Source: an uncultured delta proteobacterium (GTDB taxonomy: Bacteria > Myxococcota > Myxococcia > Myxococcales > Anaeromyxobacteraceae). Taken from it: a stretch of 64,000 nt of DNA. The translations under genes were made by a program, and so were the position numbers. Positions 55,777 through 64,000 of the stretch are shown here, one piece after another. Below the pieces are notes generated by a model. It saw nothing but the letters and a program-made list of their open reading frames with translations, made no database searches and had not been told where the DNA came from. The first letter of the stretch is position 1. Every line of letters starts with the position of its first letter. Where the stretch lies: contig CAVYBH010000012.1 in NCBI GenBank assembly GCA_963766715.1, forward strand, positions 64,001 through 128,000, read 5' to 3'.

Positions 55777-58494
55777 TCAGGCGCAGCGCCACCAGGCGGT
55801 GGCGACGAGCTTCCGCTGCCCCCGCACCTCGGCGCGGCGCCGCAGGTCGGCGATCGCCCGGTCCTTCTCGGCGAGGCGGGCCGTCTCGGTGGCCCGGAGG
55901 TCGTCGAGCCGGAGGCGGTACTCCCGCTCCGCCCGCTCCAGCAGCGCACGCCGGTCCCGGAGCGGGATCGGGCCGCCCGGGTCGACGAGGGCTCCGCGCG
56001 CCCTCTTCCAGGCCTCCCGCGCCGCTTCCGCGTCCCGGCGATCGGCGGCGAGGCCGTCCTCCGTCGCGCGGTCGAGCCGCTCCCGCGCGGCGTCGAAGGC
56101 CGCGAGCGACCGCCGCTCGACCTCCGCGCGGGCCTCCTCGTGGAGCCGCGAGACGGCCTCCTCCGGGGTAGCCCCCAGGGGGCCTGCGCCTCCCGTTGCG
56201 CCCCCTCCGGGGCGCGCCGGGAGGGACGCGAAGAGGGACGCAGCCGAGGCGTCGAGCGCCTGCCAGCCGCGGGCGTCGTGCCAGAGGACGAGGTGGGCCA
56301 CCCGCTCCTCGGGCGCCAGGCCGCCGAGCTGGAAGCGCCAGGCGAACCACCAGCCCTCGCGGCCGGCCAGGTGGCCGAGGCGCGCCGGAAGCGCGCGCGC
56401 GTCGACCTCGACCCGGTGCACCGCCTCCGCGGGCCGTTCCTTCACCGACTCGGCCGCGTGTCGCGCCATCCAGGCGCGTCGCGCCGGGGCCGACGCGCCG
56501 GCGGGGGCGTCGAGCGAGGAGGCCGGCACGCCGGAGGCAATCACCGACCGGACGAGCGCGTCCTCCTCGGCCTCCCGCCGGGCCACGGCGTCCGCCGCCT
56601 CCTTCGCGCAGAGGCGCATCCGAGACCGCACGTCGCCGTCGAAGCGCTCGAAGAGGAGCGAGCGCGCCGCGGAGAGCCGCGCCTCGATGCGCCCGTCCAG
56701 GTCCTGGCGGAGCGCGGCGAAGGCGCGATCGATCTCCTCGCCGGAACGGCACGACTGGTAGATCTCGAGGACGCGCCGCTCGAAGTCGATCCCGCTGCCC
56801 AGCGCGCCCAGCACCTCGTCCGAGGACCCGAACACGCCGTCGAAGAGCTTGAGCTTCTCGCCGAGCAGCTCGTAGAGACGGGCGTCGGCGGCGTTCTGGC
56901 GGTTCAGGAAGTTCACCACCAGCACGTCGCGGCTCTGGCCGTAGCGGTGGCAGCGCCCGATCCGCTGCTCCACCCGCTGGGGATTCCAGGGCAGGTCGTA
57001 GTTCACGACCAGGTTGCAGAACTGGAGGTTCAGCCCCTCCGCGCCGGCCTCGGTCATGAGCAGGATCTGGGAGCGGTCCCGGAACTCGTCCACCAGCGCC
57101 TGCCGCCGGTCCGCGCTCCCGGCGTCCCCGGACAGGCAGGTGACCGAGTGGCCGCGGGCCTGGAGGAGGTCGCGGAGGTAGTCCTGGGTCCGGCGGAACT
57201 CGGTGAAGACCACCGCCTTCTCCGGCCAGCCGCAGGCCCGGGCCACGGTGAAGGCCCGGTCGAGGCCGCGCGTCAGGGCCTCGCCCTTCGCGTTCACCCG
57301 GATGGCGCGCGCCGCCCGCGCGCAGGCGCGGAGCTCGGAGAGCTCGTCGTGCATGAGGCGGAGCACCGACGCCGTGCGCCGGGGAGACGCGCCGGCCTCG
57401 TCGCTCCACTCCTCCGCCTCCTCGGCGAACCCCGCCAGCTCCGGGCAGGCTTCCTCGTCCTCCACGCGGCCGGCGATGACGTGCTCGAGCGACCCGGCCA
57501 GCCGTTCCAGGGTGCTGGCCAGCGCGAACGAGGAGGAGGCCAGGATCTTCCGGTACACGAGGACGAGGAGCGCGCGGCGGGCCGGCGGGATGGCGAAGGC
57601 CTCCTCCCGGCGCAGGTAGTCGCTCACCCGGTCGTAGAGGGCCTGCTCCTCGGGCGAGGGCGCGAAGTCCTCCACCATCGACCGCCGCGCCGTGAACCGG
57701 ACGTACTCCTTCACCTGCCGGCGCAGGGTGCGGACCACCACCGGGGCCAGGCGCGCCTTGAGATCGGCGGCCCGCTCCTCGGTCAGCTCGCCGGTGGCGT
57801 ACTGGAGCCGGAAGGAATCCTCGTCGCCGAGGATCGCGTCGTCGAGGAACGCGGCCAGCCCCAGCAGCTCCATCAGGTCGTTCTGCAGCGGGGTGGCGGT
57901 GAGGAGCAGCTTGGGCGCGCGGCGCAGCGCCCGGCGAAGCGCCTGTCCGGTGCGGTGGTCGCGCCGCCAGGCGTTGCGCAGCCGGTGGGCCTCGTCGATG
58001 ACGGCCACGTCCCATGGCACCCGCGAGAGCTCGTCGGCGCGGAGCGCCGCGAAGGCGTGGGACGCGATGACGATGCCGGGGCGGTCGAACGGGTTGCCGG
58101 GAAGGGCGCGGGCCCGATCCCCGTCCATCACCTCCACCTCGAGCCCGAAGCGCGAGCGCAGCTCGTCCCGCCACTGGTTCCGCAGGGACGCCGGCACGAG
58201 CACGACCGCACGCCCGCGCCCCTCCGACGCGAGCTGCGCCAGCACCAGGCCGGCCTCGATGGTCTTGCCGAGCCCGACCTCGTCCGCGAGCACGGCGCCG
58301 CCGGTCGCCAGCGCACCCAGGGCGAAGGCGGCGGCCTCCACCTGGTGCGGGTTCAGGTCCACCGACGCATGGGCCAGCGCGGGCGCGAGCCGGGCCGTGC
58401 CGGAGCCCCCGCGAACGGTCAGCGCCTCGGCGGCGATCAACTGGTGGAACGGGGTGAGGGGCGAGGCGACGCCGTCGGCCTCGCGGCCCGGCAC
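55777..58494 (-). CDS. SNF2-family (RapA-like) helicase
   Basis: LADEVGLGKT, DEAH, LTATP, TEAGAEGLNLQ, WNPQRVEQRIGRCHRYGQ; RBS AGGAG before the GTG at 58494. Confidence 0.92.
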   Translation of the reverse strand: MPGREADGVASPLTPFHQLIAAEALTVRGGSGTARLAPALAHASVDLNPHQVEAAAFALGALATGGAVLADEVGLGKTIEAGLVLAQLASEGRGRAVVLVPASLRNQWRDELRSRFGLEVEVMDGDRARALPGNPFDRPGIVIASHAFAALRADELSRVPWDVAVIDEAHRLRNAWRRDHRTGQALRRALRRAPKLLLTATPLQNDLMELLGLAAFLDDAILGDEDSFRLQYATGELTEERAADLKARLAPVVVRTLRRQVKEYVRFTARRSMVEDFAPSPEEQALYDRVSDYLRREEAFAIPPARRALLVLVYRKILASSSFALASTLERLAGSLEHVIAGRVEDEEACPELAGFAEEAEEWSDEAGASPRRTASVLRLMHDELSELRACARAARAIRVNAKGEALTRGLDRAFTVARACGWPEKAVVFTEFRRTQDYLRDLLQARGHSVTCLSGDAGSADRRQALVDEFRDRSQILLMTEAGAEGLNLQFCNLVVNYDLPWNPQRVEQRIGRCHRYGQSRDVLVVNFLNRQNAADARLYELLGEKLKLFDGVFGSSDEVLGALGSGIDFERRVLEIYQSCRSGEEIDRAFAALRQDLDGRIEARLSAARSLLFERFDGDVRSRMRLCAKEAADAVARREAEEDALVRSVIASGVPASSLDAPAGASAPARRAWMARHAAESVKERPAEAVHRVEVDARALPARLGHLAGREGWWFAWRFQLGGLAPEERVAHLVLWHDARGWQALDASAASLFASLPARPGGGATGGAGPLGATPEEAVSRLHEEARAEVERRSLAAFDAARERLDRATEDGLAADRRDAEAAREAWKRARGALVDPGGPIPLRDRRALLERAEREYRLRLDDLRATETARLAEKDRAIADLRRRAEVRGQRKLVATAWWRCA

Positions 58495-58707
58495 ACCCCG
58501 ACTCCTGTCCTCGACGCGGACACCCGCCGCCACCCGACCCACCCACGCCTCCTGCGGCCCGCCAGGGACCGCTTCCCGCCCTCGACCGCGCGGGACGCCG
58601 ACGACGCCTCGACTGTACCATCGAACTCCCGGAGGCGCAGCCGGTCCGTGCGCGCCCGGTGAAGACGGGGTTTGCCTTCGAGTCGCCTCCGCTGTAGATC
58701 GCCCTCG

Positions 58708-58908
58708 ATGCAGATCTCCATCAACGGCGAGATTCGCGAGGTCGCGGACGGCACCACGGTGTCGGGCCTGCTGACGCAACTCGGGGTGAAGGCGCCCCGG
58801 GTGGCGGTCGAGGTGAACGAGGCGGTGGTGACGCGCGATCGTCACGCCGAGCACGTGCTCCACGCCGGCGACTCGGTCGAGATCGTGGCCTTCGTCGGAG
58901 GAGGGTAG
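58708..58908 (+). CDS. thiS: Sulfur carrier protein ThiS
   Basis: 66 aa; ING, AVEVN, C-terminal FVGGG. Confidence 0.95.
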   Translation: MQISINGEIREVADGTTVSGLLTQLGVKAPRVAVEVNEAVVTRDRHAEHVLHAGDSVEIVAFVGGG

Positions 58909-58910
58909 CC

Positions 58911-59703
58911 GTGGAGACGCGCGCGCCGGACACCTGGTCCATCGGGAAGCACACCTTCACCAGCCGGCTCCTGGTGGGCACCGGCAAGTACGCCGACTTC
59001 CCCACCATGCAGCGCGCGCTCACGGCCTCGGGCGCCGAGGTGGTGACGGTGGCGGTGCGGCGGCTCGACCTGTCCAAGCAGGGGAGCGAGAGCCTGCTCG
59101 CCTGGATCCCCAAGGGGATGAAGCTGCTCCCCAACACCGCGGCCTGCTTCACCGCCGACGAGGCCATCCGGACCGCGCGCCTCGGCCGCGAGCTCGACAT
59201 GGGCGACCTCGTGAAGCTGGAGGTCATCGGCGACCGGCGCACGCTCTTCCCGGACGTCGAGGGGCTGGTGGAGGCCTCGAAGGTGCTCGTGAAGGAGGGC
59301 TTCACGGTCCTTCCCTACACGAACGACGACCCGGTCACGGCGAGGAAGCTCGAGGACGCGGGCTGCGCGGCGGTGATGCCGCTCGGCGCCCCCATCGGCT
59401 CCGGCCTGGGGCTGCGCAACCCCTACAACCTCCGCATCATCATGGAGACGGTGAAGGTCCCGGTGCTGGTCGACGCCGGGGTGGGGACCGCCAGCGACGC
59501 CGCCATCGCGCATGGAGCTGGGCGCGGTGGCCGTGCTCATGAACACCGCCATCGCCGAGGCCGGGGACGCGGTGCTCATGGCCGAGGCCATGCGGGACGG
59601 CGTGTCGGCCGGCCGGAAGGCCTTCCTGGCGGGCCGCATGCCCATGCGGCTGCACGCGGCCGCGTCGAGCCCGATGACGGGGCTGGTGGGCTCTCCGCGG
59701 TAG
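58911..59703 (+). CDS. thiG: Thiazole synthase (one apparent frameshift near 59508)
   Basis: [39 protein letters not shown]. Confidence 0.95.
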
Positions 59704-59710
59704 GGGAGGG

Positions 59711-60530
59711 CTACGCCCGGAAGGGCGCGAGCGGCTCCCACCGATCGGCGACGAACCGGAACACGCGCGACGGGCGGCCCCAGTTGCCGGCGGCGAACCC
59801 CTGGCAGATGCGATCGTAGGCGGCCGGGTGCTGGTGCGGCGCGAACTCCTCGACCGTCCCCTGCAGCGCGTAGCCCTCGAAGGTGTCGAGGTCGACGACG
59901 ATGCGGGTCTCCTGCCGGTTCACCTTGAGGTTCATGTAGGTCTTGAGCGCGAGCCCATCGCCGTGGAACAGGTGGAGCCGGTCGAGCTTGGTCTCGTGGT
60001 GGAAGATGAACCGGGGCGAGATGTTGGCGGTCTCCCCGAGCCCGATGAAGGCGTACTTCACGCTCCCCACCGTCTGCTCGACCTCCTCGTAGGGGATCTG
60101 CTCGAAGAACTTCATGGTGTAGGGGCTGTGGTGCACCGTGTAGATTCTGGCGCCCCTCGACGAGCAGGTCGTTGCCGTTCGCCCGGTAGAGCTGGTCCTC
60201 CGACCCGGCGCCGGCCAGGGCGCGGGTCTTGATCTGGTAGCCCTGGTACTGCTCGAGCTTGTCCACGTGGACGGTCAGGCACTCGTTGCGGGCCAGCGGC
60301 CTGGGCAGGCGCCCGCGCAGGTGGACCCGCATCTCGGACGGACCCGCGCCGGCCTCGAGGCGCGCCACCGGCAGGATGGCCACCGTCGCGTGGGTTCCGG
60401 GCAGGCTGGTGGTGCCCATGAAGCTGAGCACCTTGTCGAACTTGACGGTGGGGAAGTGCGAGGCCTGTTTCGCGCGCTGGGTGTCGAGAAAATCCAGGAG
60501 GGGGCGCACGTCGCTGTTCAAGGAGGTCAC
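59711..60530 (-). CDS. Putative tandem FMN-binding split-barrel (PNPOx-like) protein (one apparent frameshift near 60145)
   Basis: [15 protein letters not shown], duplicated YQGYQIK / FEGYALQG. Confidence 0.6.
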
Positions 60531-60562
60531 CTCTCGTGCATGCTCGGGACGGAAACCGTCGA

Positions 60563-61210
60563 ATGATGCCCCCGCGACTCCCGCGTGTCTACCTCGTCAC
60601 CGACTCCTCGCCCGGGGAGGCGCTCGCCGCCCGGATTGCGTCCGCCGTCCGGGGGCTTCCGTCCCGCTCGGTGGCCATCCAGCTCCGGGCCCCCGGCGTG
60701 CCGGGGCGCGAGCTGCTCGCCCGGGCCCGCGCCATCCTGCCGGCCGTCCGGGGCGAGGGGCAGCTGCTGCTCGTGAACGACCGCGTCGACGTCGCGCTCG
60801 CGGCGGGGGCAGACGGCGTCCACCTGCCCTCGGCGGGGATTCCGCCGGAGGAGGCGCGACGCCTCCTCGGAGCGGAGGCGCTCGTCGGGGTCTCCTGCCA
60901 CTCCCCGCAGGAGGTGGGCCGGGCGCTCCGGGGCGGCGCCGACTTCGCCACCTTCGGGCCCGTCTTCGACACCCCGTCGAAGCGGGCCTACGGCGCCCCC
61001 GTGGGCCTCGGCCGCCTCGAAGAGGCGGCCCGGCTGGGCCTGCCGCTTCTCGGCCTGGGCGGCGTGGAGCTCGCGAACGCCGCCTCCGTGATGGAGGCAG
61101 GGGCCTGGGGCGTGGCCGCGATCCGGGCCTGGCTCACGGAGGGCGACCCGGCTGCGGCGGTGCGCGCCCTCCTCGACGTGGTGGAGCGCAGCAGGAGGCG
61201 AACGGCATGA
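60563..61210 (+). CDS. thiE: Thiamine phosphate synthase ThiE/TenI family
   Basis: YLVTD, IQLR, VNDRVD, GVHL, VGVSCH, GPVFDTPSK, LGGV. Confidence 0.88.
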   Translation: MMPPRLPRVYLVTDSSPGEALAARIASAVRGLPSRSVAIQLRAPGVPGRELLARARAILPAVRGEGQLLLVNDRVDVALAAGADGVHLPSAGIPPEEARRLLGAEALVGVSCHSPQEVGRALRGGADFATFGPVFDTPSKRAYGAPVGLGRLEEAARLGLPLLGLGGVELANAASVMEAGAWGVAAIRAWLTEGDPAAAVRALLDVVERSRRRTA

Positions 61211-61931
61211 CGCACGGACACCCGCACCACGACCGCCACCGGAACCCGGTCGAGTTCGAGCACTACCTCGAGAAGCTGGAGGGCCCGGATCGCGCGGCCT
61301 GGCAGCGGCCGGACCGCCTGGTCGAGGCGCTCGGGCTGCGCCCCGGGGACGTGGCCTGCGACGTGGGAGCCGGACCGGGCTACCTGGCGCTCCGCATCGC
61401 GAGGGCGGTGGGTCCGCGCGGGACCGTCTACGCCGTCGACGTCGAGCCGCGCATGATCGAGATGCTGCGGCGGCGGGCCCGGGAGGAAGGGATCCGCAAC
61501 GTCCGGGCCATCCTGGCCGGGCCGGGTCGCTCCGCCCTGCCGCCGCGCCGCTGCGACCTGATCCTGATCGTCAACACGTTCCACCACTTCACCGACGGGG
61601 TGGGCACCTGCGCGCGCTGGCCGGCCGGCTCGCCCCGGGTGGACGGATCGTGAACGTGGACTTCCACGACCGCGACCTTCCGGTGGGTCCCCCGGTCGGG
61701 CACAAGGTGTCCCGCTCGGCGTTCCTGGAGCTGGCCCGGGAGGCCGGGCTGGCCCGGGCGCGGGAGCGGCGGTTCCTGCCCTACCAGTACTTCGTGGAGC
61801 TGGTCCCGATCAGTCGGCCCGCGAGGCGGCCGGCTGCCGCGAAGGGGAAGGGGGCCGGTCCCGCGCCGAGATCGCCACCCCGACGGCCAGCGCGAGCAGC
61901 ACCACGTCGCGCAGCACGGTCCACCCGGTAG
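61207..61931 (+). CDS. Class I SAM-dependent methyltransferase (one apparent frameshift near 61605)
   Basis: RAAWQRPD, DVGAGPGY, YAVDVEP, NTFHH, GPP..H, FLPYQYF. Confidence 0.85.
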
Positions 61932-62256
61932 CCGGGGCGTTCCCGCCGAAGCAGCCGCAGGCGAGGTCGATGCCGCGCGCGAAGGCGCTCGTGAGACCGA
62001 CGGTGTAGACGGCGAGCAGCCCCGCGAGCACCCAGGCGGCGGCGCGCGCCCAGAGGTTGGCGACGAGGGCGAGGCCGGCGGCGATCTCGACGCCGATCAC
62101 GGCGGCGGCCGCGGCCGGGACGAGCGCCGGCGGCACGATCCGGTAGTTGGCCACGCTCTCGGCGAACGCGGCCATGTCGGGGACCTTGGTGATCGAGGCC
62201 CAGAGGAAGAGGCCGCCCAGGAAGACCCGGGCGCCGGCGGCGGCCAGCCCCGTCAC
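61810..62256 (-). CDS. MauE/DoxX-family redox membrane protein
   Basis: RVFLGGLFLWASITK, VEIAAGL, RGIDLACGCFG. Confidence 0.88.
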   Translation of the reverse strand: MTGLAAAGARVFLGGLFLWASITKVPDMAAFAESVANYRIVPPALVPAAAAAVIGVEIAAGLALVANLWARAAAWVLAGLLAVYTVGLTSAFARGIDLACGCFGGNAPATGWTVLRDVVLLALAVGVAISARDRPPSPSRQPAASRAD

Positions 62257-62798
62257 GGCGTGGCCCCGGGAAGGCCGCAGACGCCGCACATCCCGGCTGC
62301 CGCCGGACCCTGTGCGGTCACCCAGGCCGGCCACGCGCCCTCCAGCACCCGGACGTCGGCGAGGCCCGACCGCTTCAGCCGGGTGGCGACGTCGTCGGCC
62401 ACGGCGCAGCTGTACTCGCCGTCGTACACGACCACGAGGGGGAATCCCTTCAGCTCCGCGACGGCCGCCGCCTCGTCGGGGTGGCCGGCGGGCGGGAGGT
62501 GGACGGCGTTGGCGATGTGGCCGTGCGCGAACTCGTGCGGTCCTCGCGCGTCGACGAACCCGGCCAGGCACGCGGTGCAGAGCCCCTTCGCCTCCTCGAC
62601 CGAGATGCGCGGCGCCCTCCAGGGTGCGGGCGCGGAGGTCGTGGCGGAGGGGGGCATCGCGCAGGAGCCCCCCCCGGCCTCGGCCGCGGACAGGACCGGG
62701 CGCCCCAGCACGGCGGGGTGAGGGGAGAGGGCGTTGGCCGCGAAGCCCACCGCGGTCCCCAGGGCGGCGAGGACGGCCATCTGGATCCAGGTTCGCAT
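62253..62798 (-). CDS. Membrane-anchored rhodanese-like domain protein
   Basis: N-terminal TM, FVDARG..F..GHIANA, VLEGAWPAW. Confidence 0.85.
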   Translation of the reverse strand: MRTWIQMAVLAALGTAVGFAANALSPHPAVLGRPVLSAAEAGGGSCAMPPSATTSAPAPWRAPRISVEEAKGLCTACLAGFVDARGPHEFAHGHIANAVHLPPAGHPDEAAAVAELKGFPLVVVYDGEYSCAVADDVATRLKRSGLADVRVLEGAWPAWVTAQGPAAAGMCGVCGLPGATP

Positions 62799-62898
62799 CG
62801 GCGCGGAATCTACCCCGGGAACGCGGGGGCCGCGACGCCGATTCCCGCGGCCCGGAGGGGTGCACGCGGGACCGGCTGGGGCTATATTGCGCGCCGCC

Positions 62899-63291
62899 AT
62901 GGGCGTACCCGTCTACGAGATCTCCAAGGACTTCCTCTTCAGCGCCGCGCACCAGATCCGGTTCCACCCCGGAAAGTGCGAGCGGCTGCACGGCCACAAC
63001 TGGCGCGTTCGCCTCCACGCGCGCGCCTCGCGGCTCAACCACCTCAGCATGGTGGTCGACTTCGCCGACCTGCAGCGCATCGTCGCGGACGTGGGCTCGC
63101 GCTTCGATCACCGGAACGTGAACGAGGTCCCGCCGTTCGACGAGCTGAACACCACCGCCGAGAACATCGCCCGGTTCTTCTACGAGGAGGCCAACCGTCG
63201 CCTCTCCGAGAGCGAGGGCGACCGGGTCCGGGTGTCCAAGGTCGAGGTCTGGGAGAACGAGGGGTCGCTCGCGGTGTACCGCGAGGAGTAG
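62899..63291 (+). CDS. queD: 6-carboxytetrahydropterin synthase QueD
   Basis: FSAAH, CERLHGHNW, VVDF, TAENIA, VWEN. Confidence 0.93.
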   Translation: MGVPVYEISKDFLFSAAHQIRFHPGKCERLHGHNWRVRLHARASRLNHLSMVVDFADLQRIVADVGSRFDHRNVNEVPPFDELNTTAENIARFFYEEANRRLSESEGDRVRVSKVEVWENEGSLAVYREE

Positions 63292-63330
63292 GGCCGGTAC
63301 CGTCGGACCCCGGGCGTATCCTCCGGGCTG

Positions 63331-64000
63331 GTGTCCGATCTCGTCGTCGTCCCCACCCCGCTGCGGAAGTCCAGGTTCGAGCGCCGCCTCTGCGACGCGC
63401 AGGACGGCGTCCTGCTCGGGCCGCGGGTGGCCACGCTGCGCAACCTCGTGCCCGGGTTCCTCGCCGCGGCGGGGGAGCGCCGGAACGTGCTCGAGCCCCT
63501 GGCCGAGCGGTTGCTCGCGCTCCACGCGGCCAGCGACTCCGGCCTGATCGGCCTGGTCGCCCGCCCCGACGGCGGCGCCGCGCGGGGTGCGACCCGGCTG
63601 CTCGCCGAGGCGCGGGCCGGCGAGGTCGGGCCAGCCAATCTCCTCGCCGCGGCGCGCACCGTCCAGGGTCGGGTCGCCGAGCGACTGGAGGCCGCGGCTC
63701 GCGCGCTCGCGCTCTACGAGGAGCGCCTCGAGGGGCTGGGTGCGCTCGATGCGGCCGGGGCGCTCCGCGGAGCCGCCGACGCGGCGGCGCGGGGCGCCGT
63801 CTCCGAGGAGACCCGGGACCTCGGCCTCCTCGTGCTGGAAGGCTTCCTTCCCACGAGCCGCGCCGCCCTCGACCTCGGCGGAGCCCTGGCGGCCCGCGCG
63901 CGCCGGGTGCTGGCCCGCGTCCCCGCCTTCCCCGAGGACCTGCGCCGCTCCGGTCCGGTCGAGCCCTGGCTCCGCCGCGTCGAGTCGCTCCACGAGCTGG
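63331..64000 (+). CDS. N-terminus of a large protein, possibly AddB/RecB-partner-like (3' partial)
   Basis: Open frame from GTG 63331 (VSDLVVVPT...) to the window end; TATCCT 8 nt upstream; degenerate helicase-like VVPT and LVLEGF segments. Confidence 0.5.
   Translation, partial: MSDLVVVPTPLRKSRFERRLCDAQDGVLLGPRVATLRNLVPGFLAAAGERRNVLEPLAERLLALHAASDSGLIGLVARPDGGAARGATRLLAEARAGEVGPANLLAAARTVQGRVAERLEAAARALALYEERLEGLGALDAAGALRGAADAAARGAVSEETRDLGLLVLEGFLPTSRAALDLGGALAARARRVLARVPAFPEDLRRSGPVEPWLRRVESLHEL

Noticed and set aside
61810..61931. 122-bp convergent overlap of the methyltransferase and MauE genes
   Set aside because: Both tails are low-complexity and probably reflect stop-poor GC-rich DNA or an indel
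62899..64000. queD next to a possible nuclease/helicase gene as a 7-deazaguanine DNA-modification (dpd) system
   Set aside because: No dpdA/tgt-like, queC, queE or folE gene is visible, and the downstream gene is truncated by the window edge

Overview
Very high-GC bacterial chromosomal segment, most consistent with an Anaeromyxobacter-like member of Myxococcota (inferred from gene content and order). It is mostly core genome: LysM-dprA-topA-trmFO-xerC-hslVU-argDF, coaE/engB, greB/metF, recJ-aspS, glpAB, thiSG(E), queD and tRNA-Glu(TTC). Accessory blocks include a J-domain/Hsp70/TPR trio, a MaoC-pair/SDR lipid operon, an archaic (Csu/spore-coat-U type) chaperone-usher pilus locus, metQNI, an SCP2/wax-ester-synthase cluster, cusBA and an orphan SNF2 helicase with a CHAD gene. 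Roughly 25 genes, including essential ones, carry single-base frameshifts that look like long-read sequencing indels; these genes were reconstructed by joining frames, so their boundaries are approximate. I saw no CRISPR array, rRNA, transposase or prophage. The most interesting observations are (1) a candidate ~125-nt multi-branched ncRNA with its own -10 box at 7369-7493, (2) a Csu pilus locus flanked by a pilin lacking a donor strand and a small protein that appears to be little more than a donor strand, (3) repeated leaderless and bidirectional -10 promoters, and (4) two sigma54 promoters with upstream palindromes.
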